Source of the DNA: Pseudodesulfovibrio piezophilus C1TLV30
GTDB lineage: Bacteria; Desulfobacterota; Desulfovibrionia; Desulfovibrionales; Desulfovibrionaceae
Direction: 5' to 3'
NCBI RefSeq assembly: GCF_000341895.1
Contig: NC_020409.1
Coordinates: 1,560,001 to 1,592,000 of the forward strand
Length of the DNA stretch: 32,000 bases
Shown: one piece after another, positions 23,580-32,000 of the stretch
How positions within the stretch are numbered: the first letter of the stretch is position 1
Layout of the letters: each line of letters begins with the position of its first letter
Made by a program: the position numbers and the translations under genes
The notes under the pieces: generated by a model
Databases searched by the model: none
What the model was told of the DNA's origin: nothing
Seen by the model: only the letters and a program-made list of their open reading frames with translations

Positions 23580-25328
23580 CTACATGCCGGAGAGAATTCC
23601 GATTTCTGAGAGGTGGGTTACGCGGGTGGATTTAACCCGCTCTGATAAAATTTCTATCTTTTCTATATTCTTGAGGAAAAAATTGACAAGTGGGGTGTCC
23701 AATTTACCCTGCTCCGCTTCAAAGCTGAGTATTTTCATGGCTTCGCTTCTGGTGGAGGCAGGTTTATAGTGGCGCTCCTGTGTGACAGCATCATAGATAT
23801 CAACAATCGCCATCAGACGACTCTGAATCATAATATCGCTGCCCACGAGACCATCGGGATAGCCGGAGCCATCCATACGCTCATGGTGTTGACGAATGAT
23901 CGTCAGCATATTGGAATATCCTTCCTGCATGGGAATATGCTGGAGAATGCGTTCGCTTTCAGCCGGATGCCGCTGAATTTCCTTGCGCTCATCAGGTGTG
24001 AGGTTCCCGTATTCGAGCAAAAGGGCTTCAAGCTCATCTTCGTACAAAAGAGGGTGTCGCTCATCACCAATCATCCAGTTCAATTTACCAAGCTCGCGGA
24101 TGGCATCCAATTTTTCCTTCTCCGGTGCCATAGCCCGATTAACGGAACGCACAAGCTCATATGCCGCGAGCCAATCAAAATCCGATGTCTGCCCCAAAAG
24201 ATGGAAACGAGCACGCAGGACATCCATACGGCGTTTGGGAAGGCGGGTCTTCTTGGTCAGAACATTTTCTTTGATACCGATCTTCCCGACATCATGCAGG
24301 ATGCCCGCATAATATATTTCACGAAGCTCCAGATCCGCAAAGAAAATATCCCTGAAACCGATATTCTCACTCAAGCTGTAGGCAAAGGCCACAGCGAGCT
24401 GGGCAACCCGCTCTGAATGCCCTGCCGTAAAAGGATCACGGGAATCAATGGCTTCTGCCAGCGCCTGAAGAATCGCGTTCATGAGCGTTTGAATACCTTC
24501 GAAATTGAAGGCATTACTCACGGAAATCCCGGCAACAGACGCCAGCGTGGCGAGGCTTTTACGATGAGCGGCTTCAAAAAGCCCCTTGTTCTCCGAGGCC
24601 AAAGCAAGAACACCTTCAGTGCGATTGGGCGAAACAATGGGAATCAAGGCAATGGACCCCAGCCCGGAAATTTCCCCCTGCCATCGGCCATCGGCATCCA
24701 AATCGTTGACAATCTCTCCGCGATCCGAATCCACCACCTCGCGGAACAAGTCACTATCCACTAAGGCCTGAGGACTCAGACCAAATGGAAACCCGAACTC
24801 AACCGCCATTCGAAAACTTTTGCTACCAGGTTCTGACAGGAAGACGGCCCCGAACTCTCCGGGATAGTTTTCCCGGCGACATTCATTGATCAGCGAGCCG
24901 ACCACATCGCGCATACGCAGAGAAGTATTGATTGTGGGGACAGAGCGATGGAGCAGGGCAAGCTCACGATATTTGGAAAGAGCTTCATCAGCGATGGACC
25001 GCCTGGCCCCTTCCATGTCGATACATTCCTGGATAGAATACTTGGCAAATCCCAATAATCGCTCATGGGTCTTTTTTTCTTCGGGGGAACATTCGATGGG
25101 TATCCGCATTCGCACCTGGCCGGTGTGCACGGAGTCGAATTTGATACGTTCGGTCAGGACGTTGGGTCGGTCTGCCTCGAATCCCCCCAGCCCATCACAT
25201 CCCTCGGCTATCACGACCTCGCCTTCAAACGTAATGGCAAAACAACATTCCTTGCAGGAAACGGCAAGAGCCTTGCGCAACAAATTCCGGAGCACTGCCG
25301 GACGGATATACTTTTTAAGAGGCGTCAT
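23580..25328 (-). CDS. GAF domain + HD-GYP domain protein (putative c-di-GMP phosphodiesterase)
   Basis: HSERVAQLAV, YYAGILHDVGKIGI and HHERMDGSGYPDGL motifs. The central region resembles a GAF domain. Confidence 0.85.
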   Translation of the reverse strand: MTPLKKYIRPAVLRNLLRKALAVSCKECCFAITFEGEVVIAEGCDGLGGFEADRPNVLTERIKFDSVHTGQVRMRIPIECSPEEKKTHERLLGFAKYSIQECIDMEGARRSIADEALSKYRELALLHRSVPTINTSLRMRDVVGSLINECRRENYPGEFGAVFLSEPGSKSFRMAVEFGFPFGLSPQALVDSDLFREVVDSDRGEIVNDLDADGRWQGEISGLGSIALIPIVSPNRTEGVLALASENKGLFEAAHRKSLATLASVAGISVSNAFNFEGIQTLMNAILQALAEAIDSRDPFTAGHSERVAQLAVAFAYSLSENIGFRDIFFADLELREIYYAGILHDVGKIGIKENVLTKKTRLPKRRMDVLRARFHLLGQTSDFDWLAAYELVRSVNRAMAPEKEKLDAIRELGKLNWMIGDERHPLLYEDELEALLLEYGNLTPDERKEIQRHPAESERILQHIPMQEGYSNMLTIIRQHHERMDGSGYPDGLVGSDIMIQSRLMAIVDIYDAVTQERHYKPASTRSEAMKILSFEAEQGKLDTPLVNFFLKNIEKIEILSERVKSTRVTHLSEIGILSGM

Positions 25329-25349
25329 TCAGCGTGGATAATGTCCGGC

Positions 25350-25730
25350 TTACAGCTCCAATAGATCCTTGGAAACTTTCAGAATTTCATCAGGATCGAA
25401 AGGTTTGGTCATATACATCATGGCCCCGAGTTCAAGTCCCTGCTTCCGATCAACTTCCTGTCCCTTGGCAGTCAGGAGTATGATTTTCACATTTTTGAAC
25501 TGCGGATCGTCCATAACGATCCTACAAACCTCATACCCGTTCATCTTCGGCATCATGATATCGAGAAAGACCAGATCAGGACGTTCACTCCGAATAAATG
25601 CCAGTCCTTCTTCACCGTCCGAAGCGGTGAACAACTCGACAGCATATTCATCCTCAAGCTCTTCAAGGGTCTGCTCGAGAAGCATTTTGATATGCACCTC
25701 GTCATCGACAATGAGGATTTTTTTGGGCAT
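25350..25730 (-). CDS. Stand-alone response-regulator receiver protein
   Basis: MPKKILIVDDEVHIKMLLE...DLVFLDIMMPKMNGYE...ILLTAKGQ, with no output domain. The start at ATG 25730 has an AAGGAG SD. Confidence 0.9.
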   Translation of the reverse strand: MPKKILIVDDEVHIKMLLEQTLEELEDEYAVELFTASDGEEGLAFIRSERPDLVFLDIMMPKMNGYEVCRIVMDDPQFKNVKIILLTAKGQEVDRKQGLELGAMMYMTKPFDPDEILKVSKDLLEL

Positions 25731-26086
25731 CACGTCACTCCTTGGAACCAGATAAAGTTTCGTACAGGCCAATGCCGACATGGTGACAGCGGCCATTCGT
25801 TATATGACACACAATAGTGCATCTCTGCAAATGTGACAACCCGATTATATTAGTTTTTCTCATCTGACACAGACAACACTCGCTTCCTGGGGAGACCTCA
25901 AAGCATCCTTTTCCCGGCCTTGCACACTCCCCATACCGAGCAAAGGCAAAATCTGCAAATATTTCCAGCCTTCCTCTCTGCTTATCTTATCTCAAAGTTT
26001 AAAACTACCCCTTTCCTATTGCTCTTCGAATGACACAAGCATTCCACAGAAGAAAAAACGGCAGGAAGAGCAAAGTTCACCACGGT

Positions 26087-28885
26087 TCAGGTCATGATTT
26101 CAGGAGCCTGAACACTCTCCACAGGCAAGAAAAGAACCTGTATACCCTGCCTATCACACAACCGTTTCAAATCCACCAGACCGGCAAGAGAATCCGGCAC
26201 CATGACAGTGCCTTCAAAGCCCCTCTCAAGATACCGCCACAACTCCTCTTCCGAACACCGGGTCACACGTGTGCCACACAATTCGGGCATCAAGTAGCAC
26301 TCAACATCATTTTCGGGAGTCAGCGCCAAAACAGGAAGAGTATACCCGGTCTTGCCCAGAAGACCGTTGACAGCGCACAGGAGAGACTTGCGGTCCACTG
26401 GTTTGAATAGGGTTGCATCACCACCTGACGTGTGGCAACCGGAAATGCCGGATATGACCAGAAGAGGGATATCTCCAAAATCCCGACTCTGACGGAGATG
26501 ATCGATCAAGGTCCAGCCATCCATGCCCGGCATATCAAGATCCATGGTGATCAAGGCCGGTCTGCGTCGAAGGATGATATCCAGGGCTTGCTCCCCATCG
26601 CGAGCAGTCCGAACACCATATCCTTCCTTCTTGAGAAACAGGGAAAAGGAATCACAAAGAGACTCATCGTCATCCACGACCAGGATAAGCGGCGCATCGG
26701 GAGGTTCGGCTGGCGGCAGGACCATATGCATGGTCGTTCCTTTCCCCAAAGCCGACTCTGCCCAAATACGACCGTCATACCGTTCGACTATCTGGCGACA
26801 GATGGCCAGCCCCAGGCCGGTCCCAGCCGGTTTTTCAGTCAGGGTGTCCCCTTTATGTGCCTGGTGAAATTTATCAAAGATACGCGCAACACACTGTTTT
26901 TCAATCCCTTTGCCAGTGTCCTGGACCTGAACGCGAATCATTCCGGTTCCATCCACGAAGAGATCCACGGCAACTTCACCATAATCGGTAAATTTAGCAG
27001 CATTACTCAGAAGATTGATAAGTACCTGATGCAGTCTGTCCGGGTCACAGTGAACAAAAGGAACCGGGTCAAAACGCCTGATAACCAGCTTGACCTGGGG
27101 CTTGGGAGCAAAAAGTCCACTGGCGGAACTGACAGCGCGATTGAGTGCCCCCGCCATATCCACTTCGGTGAATCGCCAACTTTCCTTACCGGATTCAATA
27201 CGGCTCAGATCAAGCACATCATTGATAAGTCTGGTCAGACGTTCGCCTTCACTTCCTATAATATCCAGATTGCCCTGAATGCGCAGTCCCAGTTTCAATG
27301 CTTTCTCTTCCAGGGCCAACGGCATGAAAGTACGCATGAAATCACGCTTGATAATTTTTGAAAAGCCAAGCAGTGACGTCAACGGAGTTCGCAATTCATG
27401 GGAGACCGAAGAAAGAAAAGCTGATTTGAGTTCATCCAATTCCCGTAAACGCTCATTGGCATGCTTGAGTTCCATGGCCTTTTCCACGAGAACTCTGGTA
27501 CGGTTGCGGACCAATTCCTCCAAGTCGGAATTTATGGATGCCAGATTCTCGACCGTACGCTTTCTTTCCGTAATATCGCTCAAGATGACAACGGATTCAC
27601 CTCGATTGGTCCGGTATGTCTTGATCAAAAACCACCGGCCATCGTTCATAGGTTCTTCCATCTGTGGAGTCTGCCCGCGATGAGCCTTCAAACGTCCCTG
27701 AACCCATTCGTTCTCTCGCCCCATGGCATTCACAAAGACCCCGCTCTCGGCATAGAAGCGAAGGACTTCCTCCAGAGGGGTGCCGGGATAAAGGCAATCC
27801 GTATTATTTCCTGCCATCTCATGAATACGCCTGTTGACCAACAACAGACGTTCCCGCTGATCGTATAATAGGAAGCCTTCTGAAATGGAATCTATGGCCT
27901 CAAACAACCGGTCACTGGCCATGGCCGCCTGCCCTTCCAGGTCATTGACCAGATTGGTTATCCGCGAAGCCATGGCATTGATCGACCGCGCAAGCTGGCC
28001 GAATTCGTCATCCCCCCGAACATGCGCACGGGCCTCAAGATTCCCCAGACTCAGTTCCGTGGCTGCATCACTCAGACGAATCACGCTCTTGGCGACTGTC
28101 CTGTTCAGCACCCACACAATGCTCGCCGCCATGAGAAGAGCAAAAAAGACAAAAAGACCGAGCACATATTTGACGACAACACTGGATTCAGCAATCTCTT
28201 CATGTGCATTGCGCGCTCCATCTGAAGCAGAAATGGCAAGCTGTCGGACCAGGGAAGTCAGGTGGAGATATTCCCCATCAAGATCACCCGTTTTGCGCTC
28301 AAAGGCATCCCCCCCCGCCCCACCAACAGTAGCCAATGAAACAAGCTGCTGAAAGTACTCATTATACTTCAGAAGAGAAGAGTGTAAATCCTCCAGCCGT
28401 CTACGGGATGCCTTCCTTTCATTCATCCCCTGAGAAAACTGCATCATGTCCTGAAGCCATATAATATTCCGCCCGGCTTCACCCACCCGTTCTTTAAATT
28501 CACCAGCATAAGCCGTGCGTGCGCCTTGAAAACCAAGATCATGGATACGTAACACGAAATCGCGCTCAGCCTGATGTGCAAGTTGCAGACGAGAATCAAT
28601 TTCCAATGCCAACCGCTGCATCCGCATGGAATCGGCGACGATCTCCGCAGCTTTACCTTCCAGAATATCCAGGGCGATATACCCCGTGGTCGCCACAAAG
28701 AGGATGAGCGCAAGCATAGATCCCAATGCAACCGTGAATTTACACACGATACAGAGAGACCGCCATTTATTGTCTAGATATACGAATGGATTCATTGTAA
28801 AAATTGACCGGCGTTCAGAACCCTCCCGATCAGGAGACCTCACTTCGCCCAATACGCTCCCATAATTATACACTGCCCGCATCAC
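26087..28885 (-). CDS. Hybrid sensor histidine kinase (TM-sensor-HAMP-PAS-HisKA-HATPase-REC plus an 87-aa tail)
   Basis: H-box SSVSHELRTPLTSLLGF, N-box LINLLSNAAKFT, G-boxes DTGKGI and GTGLGLAICRQIV, REC LILVVDDDESL...ITMDLDMPGMDGW. The true start may be ATG 28795 (MNPFVYLDNKW...), just before the first TM. Confidence 0.85.
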   Translation of the reverse strand: MMRAVYNYGSVLGEVRSPDREGSERRSIFTMNPFVYLDNKWRSLCIVCKFTVALGSMLALILFVATTGYIALDILEGKAAEIVADSMRMQRLALEIDSRLQLAHQAERDFVLRIHDLGFQGARTAYAGEFKERVGEAGRNIIWLQDMMQFSQGMNERKASRRRLEDLHSSLLKYNEYFQQLVSLATVGGAGGDAFERKTGDLDGEYLHLTSLVRQLAISASDGARNAHEEIAESSVVVKYVLGLFVFFALLMAASIVWVLNRTVAKSVIRLSDAATELSLGNLEARAHVRGDDEFGQLARSINAMASRITNLVNDLEGQAAMASDRLFEAIDSISEGFLLYDQRERLLLVNRRIHEMAGNNTDCLYPGTPLEEVLRFYAESGVFVNAMGRENEWVQGRLKAHRGQTPQMEEPMNDGRWFLIKTYRTNRGESVVILSDITERKRTVENLASINSDLEELVRNRTRVLVEKAMELKHANERLRELDELKSAFLSSVSHELRTPLTSLLGFSKIIKRDFMRTFMPLALEEKALKLGLRIQGNLDIIGSEGERLTRLINDVLDLSRIESGKESWRFTEVDMAGALNRAVSSASGLFAPKPQVKLVIRRFDPVPFVHCDPDRLHQVLINLLSNAAKFTDYGEVAVDLFVDGTGMIRVQVQDTGKGIEKQCVARIFDKFHQAHKGDTLTEKPAGTGLGLAICRQIVERYDGRIWAESALGKGTTMHMVLPPAEPPDAPLILVVDDDESLCDSFSLFLKKEGYGVRTARDGEQALDIILRRRPALITMDLDMPGMDGWTLIDHLRQSRDFGDIPLLVISGISGCHTSGGDATLFKPVDRKSLLCAVNGLLGKTGYTLPVLALTPENDVECYLMPELCGTRVTRCSEEELWRYLERGFEGTVMVPDSLAGLVDLKRLCDRQGIQVLFLPVESVQAPEIMT

Positions 28886-29043
28886 AGCTTTGTGAGGCCA
28901 TACCTTTCGGGCCTAGACCATTCTTATATGAATGTCCAGCCTCGCTACGGGACTTGCCAATGTGTTGCTTGTGAAGTAGTTCTGTACACCGCATCCGGCC
29001 AGCCGGAGCTTCAACAAAACAACACACCAGGAGTACGCACACC

Positions 29044-31869
29044 ATGTGTGGCATCGCCAGTTTTCTCAGCAATCGCCAGTGGACAGCCACCCCGGACACA
29101 GGCTGGCTTGAAACCCTCGACACCGAGTTCAAAACAATTGTCGCGGGCAACGATATCCTGCAGGCCGCAACCCCCTTGGGAACCTTGGCCGAACATTTCT
29201 ATGATCTGATGTCTTTCGGTTTGCACATGAGTCTGGTTGCTAACCCCGAGACCGGCTCTCGTCTGGAATCCATCCGTGATTCCATTCGTCAACTTCGCAA
29301 TGCCGCAGCCGTCAAGCTAGAGCAGGGACCACGCACGGATGCACTCGAAAGCCTGCGGGAACAGCTTGATGACTATCTCTGGCAGATTGACAAGGAAGTA
29401 CTGGCAAACAAGGACCGCACCCTGACCATCATGCCCGACGCTCTCGCAACGGATGCCGAAGTGCGTGATCGCCATTTTCTGGCTTGGGGCATTGAGCAAG
29501 TTCTCGAATCCATAGACAAGCTTGAAGTTCGGGGGCGGGACTCCGCAGGAATCGCAGTCGCGTTTATTCTGCCGGAAAACAAGAATCCGGAAACAGCACT
29601 TTCATGCGACCAGAAAACCGAGTTCTGCGACCGTTGCTCCATCCATAATGCTGACACTCGACAAGTGCTGGTTCGCACGTTGCCCGATGGCCGCACAGCG
29701 TGTCGCTTCCTCTACAAAGTGGCCCAGTTGGTTGGCCAACTTGGAGATAACGGAGCAGCTCTTCGTGAATTCATTGTCAAAGATGAGCTGTTGTGGTCCA
29801 TGGCTGAAGGTCTGGAAACATTGAATATCATAGCCCACACACGCTGGGCTTCCAATGGCATCATCTCGGTCCCCAACTGCCACCCGGTGGACGGACTCGT
29901 CGAAGGCGATGTCTCCACCGGCCTTGAGAAAACCATGTTTGTTCTCAACGGCGATGTGGATAACTACCGCACACTGGTCGAAGAAACCGTGGTCTCCAAA
30001 GGTGCCTATATTCCACCTGCCATTTCCACAGACGCCAAGATTCTGCCCGTTCTTTTTCACCTTGACGCACCCAAGGACGAAAACGCTGAAGAGCGATTCC
30101 GCAACGTCCTCAAACGATGTGAAGGCTCCCTGGCTGTTGTCATGCAGAACCTCAATGATTTCGACTCCCAATTCCTTGCCCAAAAAGGATCTGGACAATC
30201 CTTTTATATCGGGAAAACGCAGGACGGCTGGCTTGTCGCCAGTGAAGCGTACGGAATGGCGGCCCGCGCCCGCTCCTCATTCCCCATGGCTGTCCACCGC
30301 CAGGGTGGCGTCTCCGTCATCCTGAGTGACAGCGACCCTGCGGACATGGTCCCTCAAGCCCGTTTCCTTCACTCCGGGGAATGTGTTCCACTCAAGGAAG
30401 AAAAAATTGAAATATTTTCACGCGATATATTTCGCGGTAAATACAATCATTACATTGAAAAGGAAGTGCACGAAGCATCAAGCTCTGTTCGCAACACCTT
30501 ACACGGTAAATACCTTCGCCAAAATGGACACGTCACTTTCCTGCCCGAAGGTTTTGGCAATGGCCCGGCTCTCGTCAATCGATTCCGCAACGGAAAGACT
30601 CCGATTGCACGCATCATCTGTGTGGGGCAAGGCACTGCTGCCGTCGCGGCCATGGCCGTGGCATCGCTCCTGCGCCGGGCGCTGAAGGGGAGCGACATTT
30701 CCATTGAAGCCTACACAGGCTCCGAATTGGTCGGATTCATGGGTGATGAAAGTATGGATAATGTCTTTTTGATCCCGGTTTCCCAATCCGGTACCACCAC
30801 TGATACCAACCGTGTCGTGGATCTCTGCCGTGATCGTGGAGCCTGGGTCAATTGCATTGTCAACCGCCGTAATTCTCCTTTGGTCCAAAAATCCGATTCC
30901 TATATTTACACCAGTAATGGGCGCGATGTGGAGATGGCCGTAGCCTCGACCAAGGCTTTCTACTCTCAGGTCGCTGCGGGCAAACTCCTTTCTCTCTGGT
31001 TGGCCGATGTACTCGGCACCATGGACACGGCCACTATTTCAGCAGATATGGATTCGCTGGAATCACTTCCCAATGCCATTGACAAAGTACTGGAAACCAA
31101 GGATGCCATTGGCGAGGTGGCCAAAAAATACGCCCCTGTCCATCGATACTGGGCATTGGTCGGAAACGGCGCCAACTGCATCGCCGCACAGGAAGTGCGC
31201 ATCAAGCTCTCCGAACTTTGTTATAAATCCATTCCCTGTGATGTTACGGAAGACAAGAAACATATCGACCTGTCCACAGAGCCATTGACCCTTGTCATGG
31301 CGTCCGACCTGCCTGAAATGGTTGTCATGGATACGGTCAAGGAAACAACCATCTTCAAGGCACACAACGGATCGCCCATAGTCTTCTGCGCCGAGGATGA
31401 GACCCGTTTTGACGCAGTGGCTGAAGCGACTATCAAGGTTCCCCGAGTTGGGGGAGGGCTGGATTTTGTTCTGGAAACTGTCGCAGGTCACTGGTGGGGC
31501 ATCATGGCTGCCAAGGCCATCGACGCCCATGCCGAGCCATTTCGCAATGCACGCATCCTGATAGCCGAGATGGTTGTGGACCCATCAAAATGGGACCGCA
31601 CAGCCGTCCTTACTCAGCTGAATCAATGCGTGGACCGTATTGCCTCCGGCGCAACAGACTCGGCGCTGCCAGCCCGCGTAGCTTCCGGCTTGGCGAACTA
31701 CATGCTCTGGCTGGTCAACCAATCCCAGGATATCTGCGTCACCGAAGCCAGACTTGCCGATATCCTTACCGTGCTCAACAAAGCGATCGAAGAAATGACC
31801 CGCCCCATCGACACCATCCGCCATCAAGCCAAGACCGTCACCGTAGGAATCAGCAGACCACAGGGGTAG
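29044..31869 (+). CDS. GlmS-like class-II glutamine amidotransferase + tandem SIS-domain protein, greatly expanded (941 aa)
   Basis: Begins MCGI (Ntn Cys). Further matches: LEVRGRDSAGIAV, HTRWASNG...NCHP, LNGDVDNY and STDAK. Linker KYNHYIEKEVHEASSSVRNTL. SIS motifs VSQSGTTTDT and VGNGANCIAAQEVRIKLSELCY. C-terminal AKTVTVG resembles the GlmS AKSVTVE tail. Confidence 0.85.
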   Translation: MCGIASFLSNRQWTATPDTGWLETLDTEFKTIVAGNDILQAATPLGTLAEHFYDLMSFGLHMSLVANPETGSRLESIRDSIRQLRNAAAVKLEQGPRTDALESLREQLDDYLWQIDKEVLANKDRTLTIMPDALATDAEVRDRHFLAWGIEQVLESIDKLEVRGRDSAGIAVAFILPENKNPETALSCDQKTEFCDRCSIHNADTRQVLVRTLPDGRTACRFLYKVAQLVGQLGDNGAALREFIVKDELLWSMAEGLETLNIIAHTRWASNGIISVPNCHPVDGLVEGDVSTGLEKTMFVLNGDVDNYRTLVEETVVSKGAYIPPAISTDAKILPVLFHLDAPKDENAEERFRNVLKRCEGSLAVVMQNLNDFDSQFLAQKGSGQSFYIGKTQDGWLVASEAYGMAARARSSFPMAVHRQGGVSVILSDSDPADMVPQARFLHSGECVPLKEEKIEIFSRDIFRGKYNHYIEKEVHEASSSVRNTLHGKYLRQNGHVTFLPEGFGNGPALVNRFRNGKTPIARIICVGQGTAAVAAMAVASLLRRALKGSDISIEAYTGSELVGFMGDESMDNVFLIPVSQSGTTTDTNRVVDLCRDRGAWVNCIVNRRNSPLVQKSDSYIYTSNGRDVEMAVASTKAFYSQVAAGKLLSLWLADVLGTMDTATISADMDSLESLPNAIDKVLETKDAIGEVAKKYAPVHRYWALVGNGANCIAAQEVRIKLSELCYKSIPCDVTEDKKHIDLSTEPLTLVMASDLPEMVVMDTVKETTIFKAHNGSPIVFCAEDETRFDAVAEATIKVPRVGGGLDFVLETVAGHWWGIMAAKAIDAHAEPFRNARILIAEMVVDPSKWDRTAVLTQLNQCVDRIASGATDSALPARVASGLANYMLWLVNQSQDICVTEARLADILTVLNKAIEEMTRPIDTIRHQAKTVTVGISRPQG

Positions 31870-31884
31870 TTTTTGTGTAGCGTG

Positions 31885-31921
31885 ACAATATAGTTGTTAA
31901 CGATACAATAAAGTTGTTAAC
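31885..31921 (+). repeat. Tandem 17-bp direct repeat ACAATA(T/A)AGTTGTTAAC with a 20-bp period
   Basis: Copies at 31885..31901 and 31905..31921 differ at one position. Each contains ACAA-N5-TTGT dyad symmetry and a GTTAAC palindrome. Confidence 0.7.
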
Positions 31922-31971
31922 AAAAGCCGTTTCTGGTAACTACAAAATGTAGAAAACTAGGAGCGGCTTTT

Positions 31972-32000
31972 ATGTCCAAACGATATTCCCCATCCGACGA
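31972..32000 (+). CDS. 5' end of an unidentified gene (MSKRYSPSD...) running off the window
   Basis: ATG 31972 is preceded by an AGGAG SD. Only 9 codons are visible. Confidence 0.3.

Noticed and set aside
25819-25838. A sigma54-like sequence, GGTTGTCACATTTGCA, on the - strand upstream of the receiver gene.
   Set aside because: The GG and GC elements are out of register by one nucleotide relative to TGGCACG-N4-TTGC.
26432-27361. A 309-aa + strand ORF inside the hybrid kinase gene.
   Set aside because: It is antisense to the HisKA/HATPase/REC region, which has textbook motifs. This is a shadow ORF.
28886-29043. Possible glmS ribozyme/riboswitch in front of the GlmS-like gene.
   Set aside because: The 158-bp divergent intergenic region shows none of the conserved glmS ribozyme core sequences I can recall, and it is short once promoters are accommodated.
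31870-32000. Possible left end of an insertion sequence (TGTAGCGTGACAAT... followed by an ORF starting MSKRYSPSD).
   Set aside because: Only 9 codons are visible, and no second inverted repeat or target duplication can be seen. The evidence is insufficient, so it is reported only as repeats plus a partial ORF.
1-32000. I scanned for CRISPR arrays, rRNA genes, additional tRNAs and toxin-antitoxin or defence-island signatures.
   Set aside because: I saw no regularly spaced direct repeats, no rRNA-like conserved blocks, no second TTCGAAT-type T-loop context, and no nuclease, helicase or methyltransferase clusters.

Overview
This 32-kb chromosomal window has the gene content of a Desulfovibrio-like sulfate reducer; that assignment is inferred from content only.

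Gene order, left to right:
- xseA (3' end), an M23 peptidase, xseB, ispA and dxs on the + strand.
- A 0.7-kb sparse spacer holding two ATGA-coupled mini-ORFs.
- A complete six-gene energy-converting [NiFe] hydrogenase operon, echABCDEF, on the - strand (10725 down to 5558), with an intrinsic terminator and a repeat-rich leader.
- A CysH/PAPS-reductase-family gene and a PNPOx-family gene.
- tRNA-Arg(ACG) with its own promoter and terminator, then a small zinc-ribbon membrane ORF.
- A - strand block of purB and pyrE followed directly by three envelope genes.
- An FmdB zinc-ribbon gene preceded by an untracked 36-aa ultra-basic ORF.
- An orphan 167-aa gene and an acylphosphatase-like gene.
- cheV plus a DUF885-like gene.
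- A signalling block of hybrid sensor kinase, receiver and GAF/HD-GYP protein.
- A 941-aa GlmS-like amidotransferase.

I saw no CRISPR array, rRNA, transposase, integrase or recognisable defence genes.

Best candidates for something new:
- The three envelope genes after pyrE. They encode a YkuD + NTF2-like protein, a bitopic coiled-coil protein, and an M14-fold carboxypeptidase with a Gln/Glu/His metal site. Together they resemble a Csd6/Pgp2 plus Csd4/Pgp1-type peptidoglycan-trimming cell-shape module.
- The expanded GlmS paralogue, which carries a ~137-aa insertion right after the catalytic Cys.
- Several small untracked ORFs and leader elements.

All functional calls rest on motifs read by eye. 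No database search was possible.
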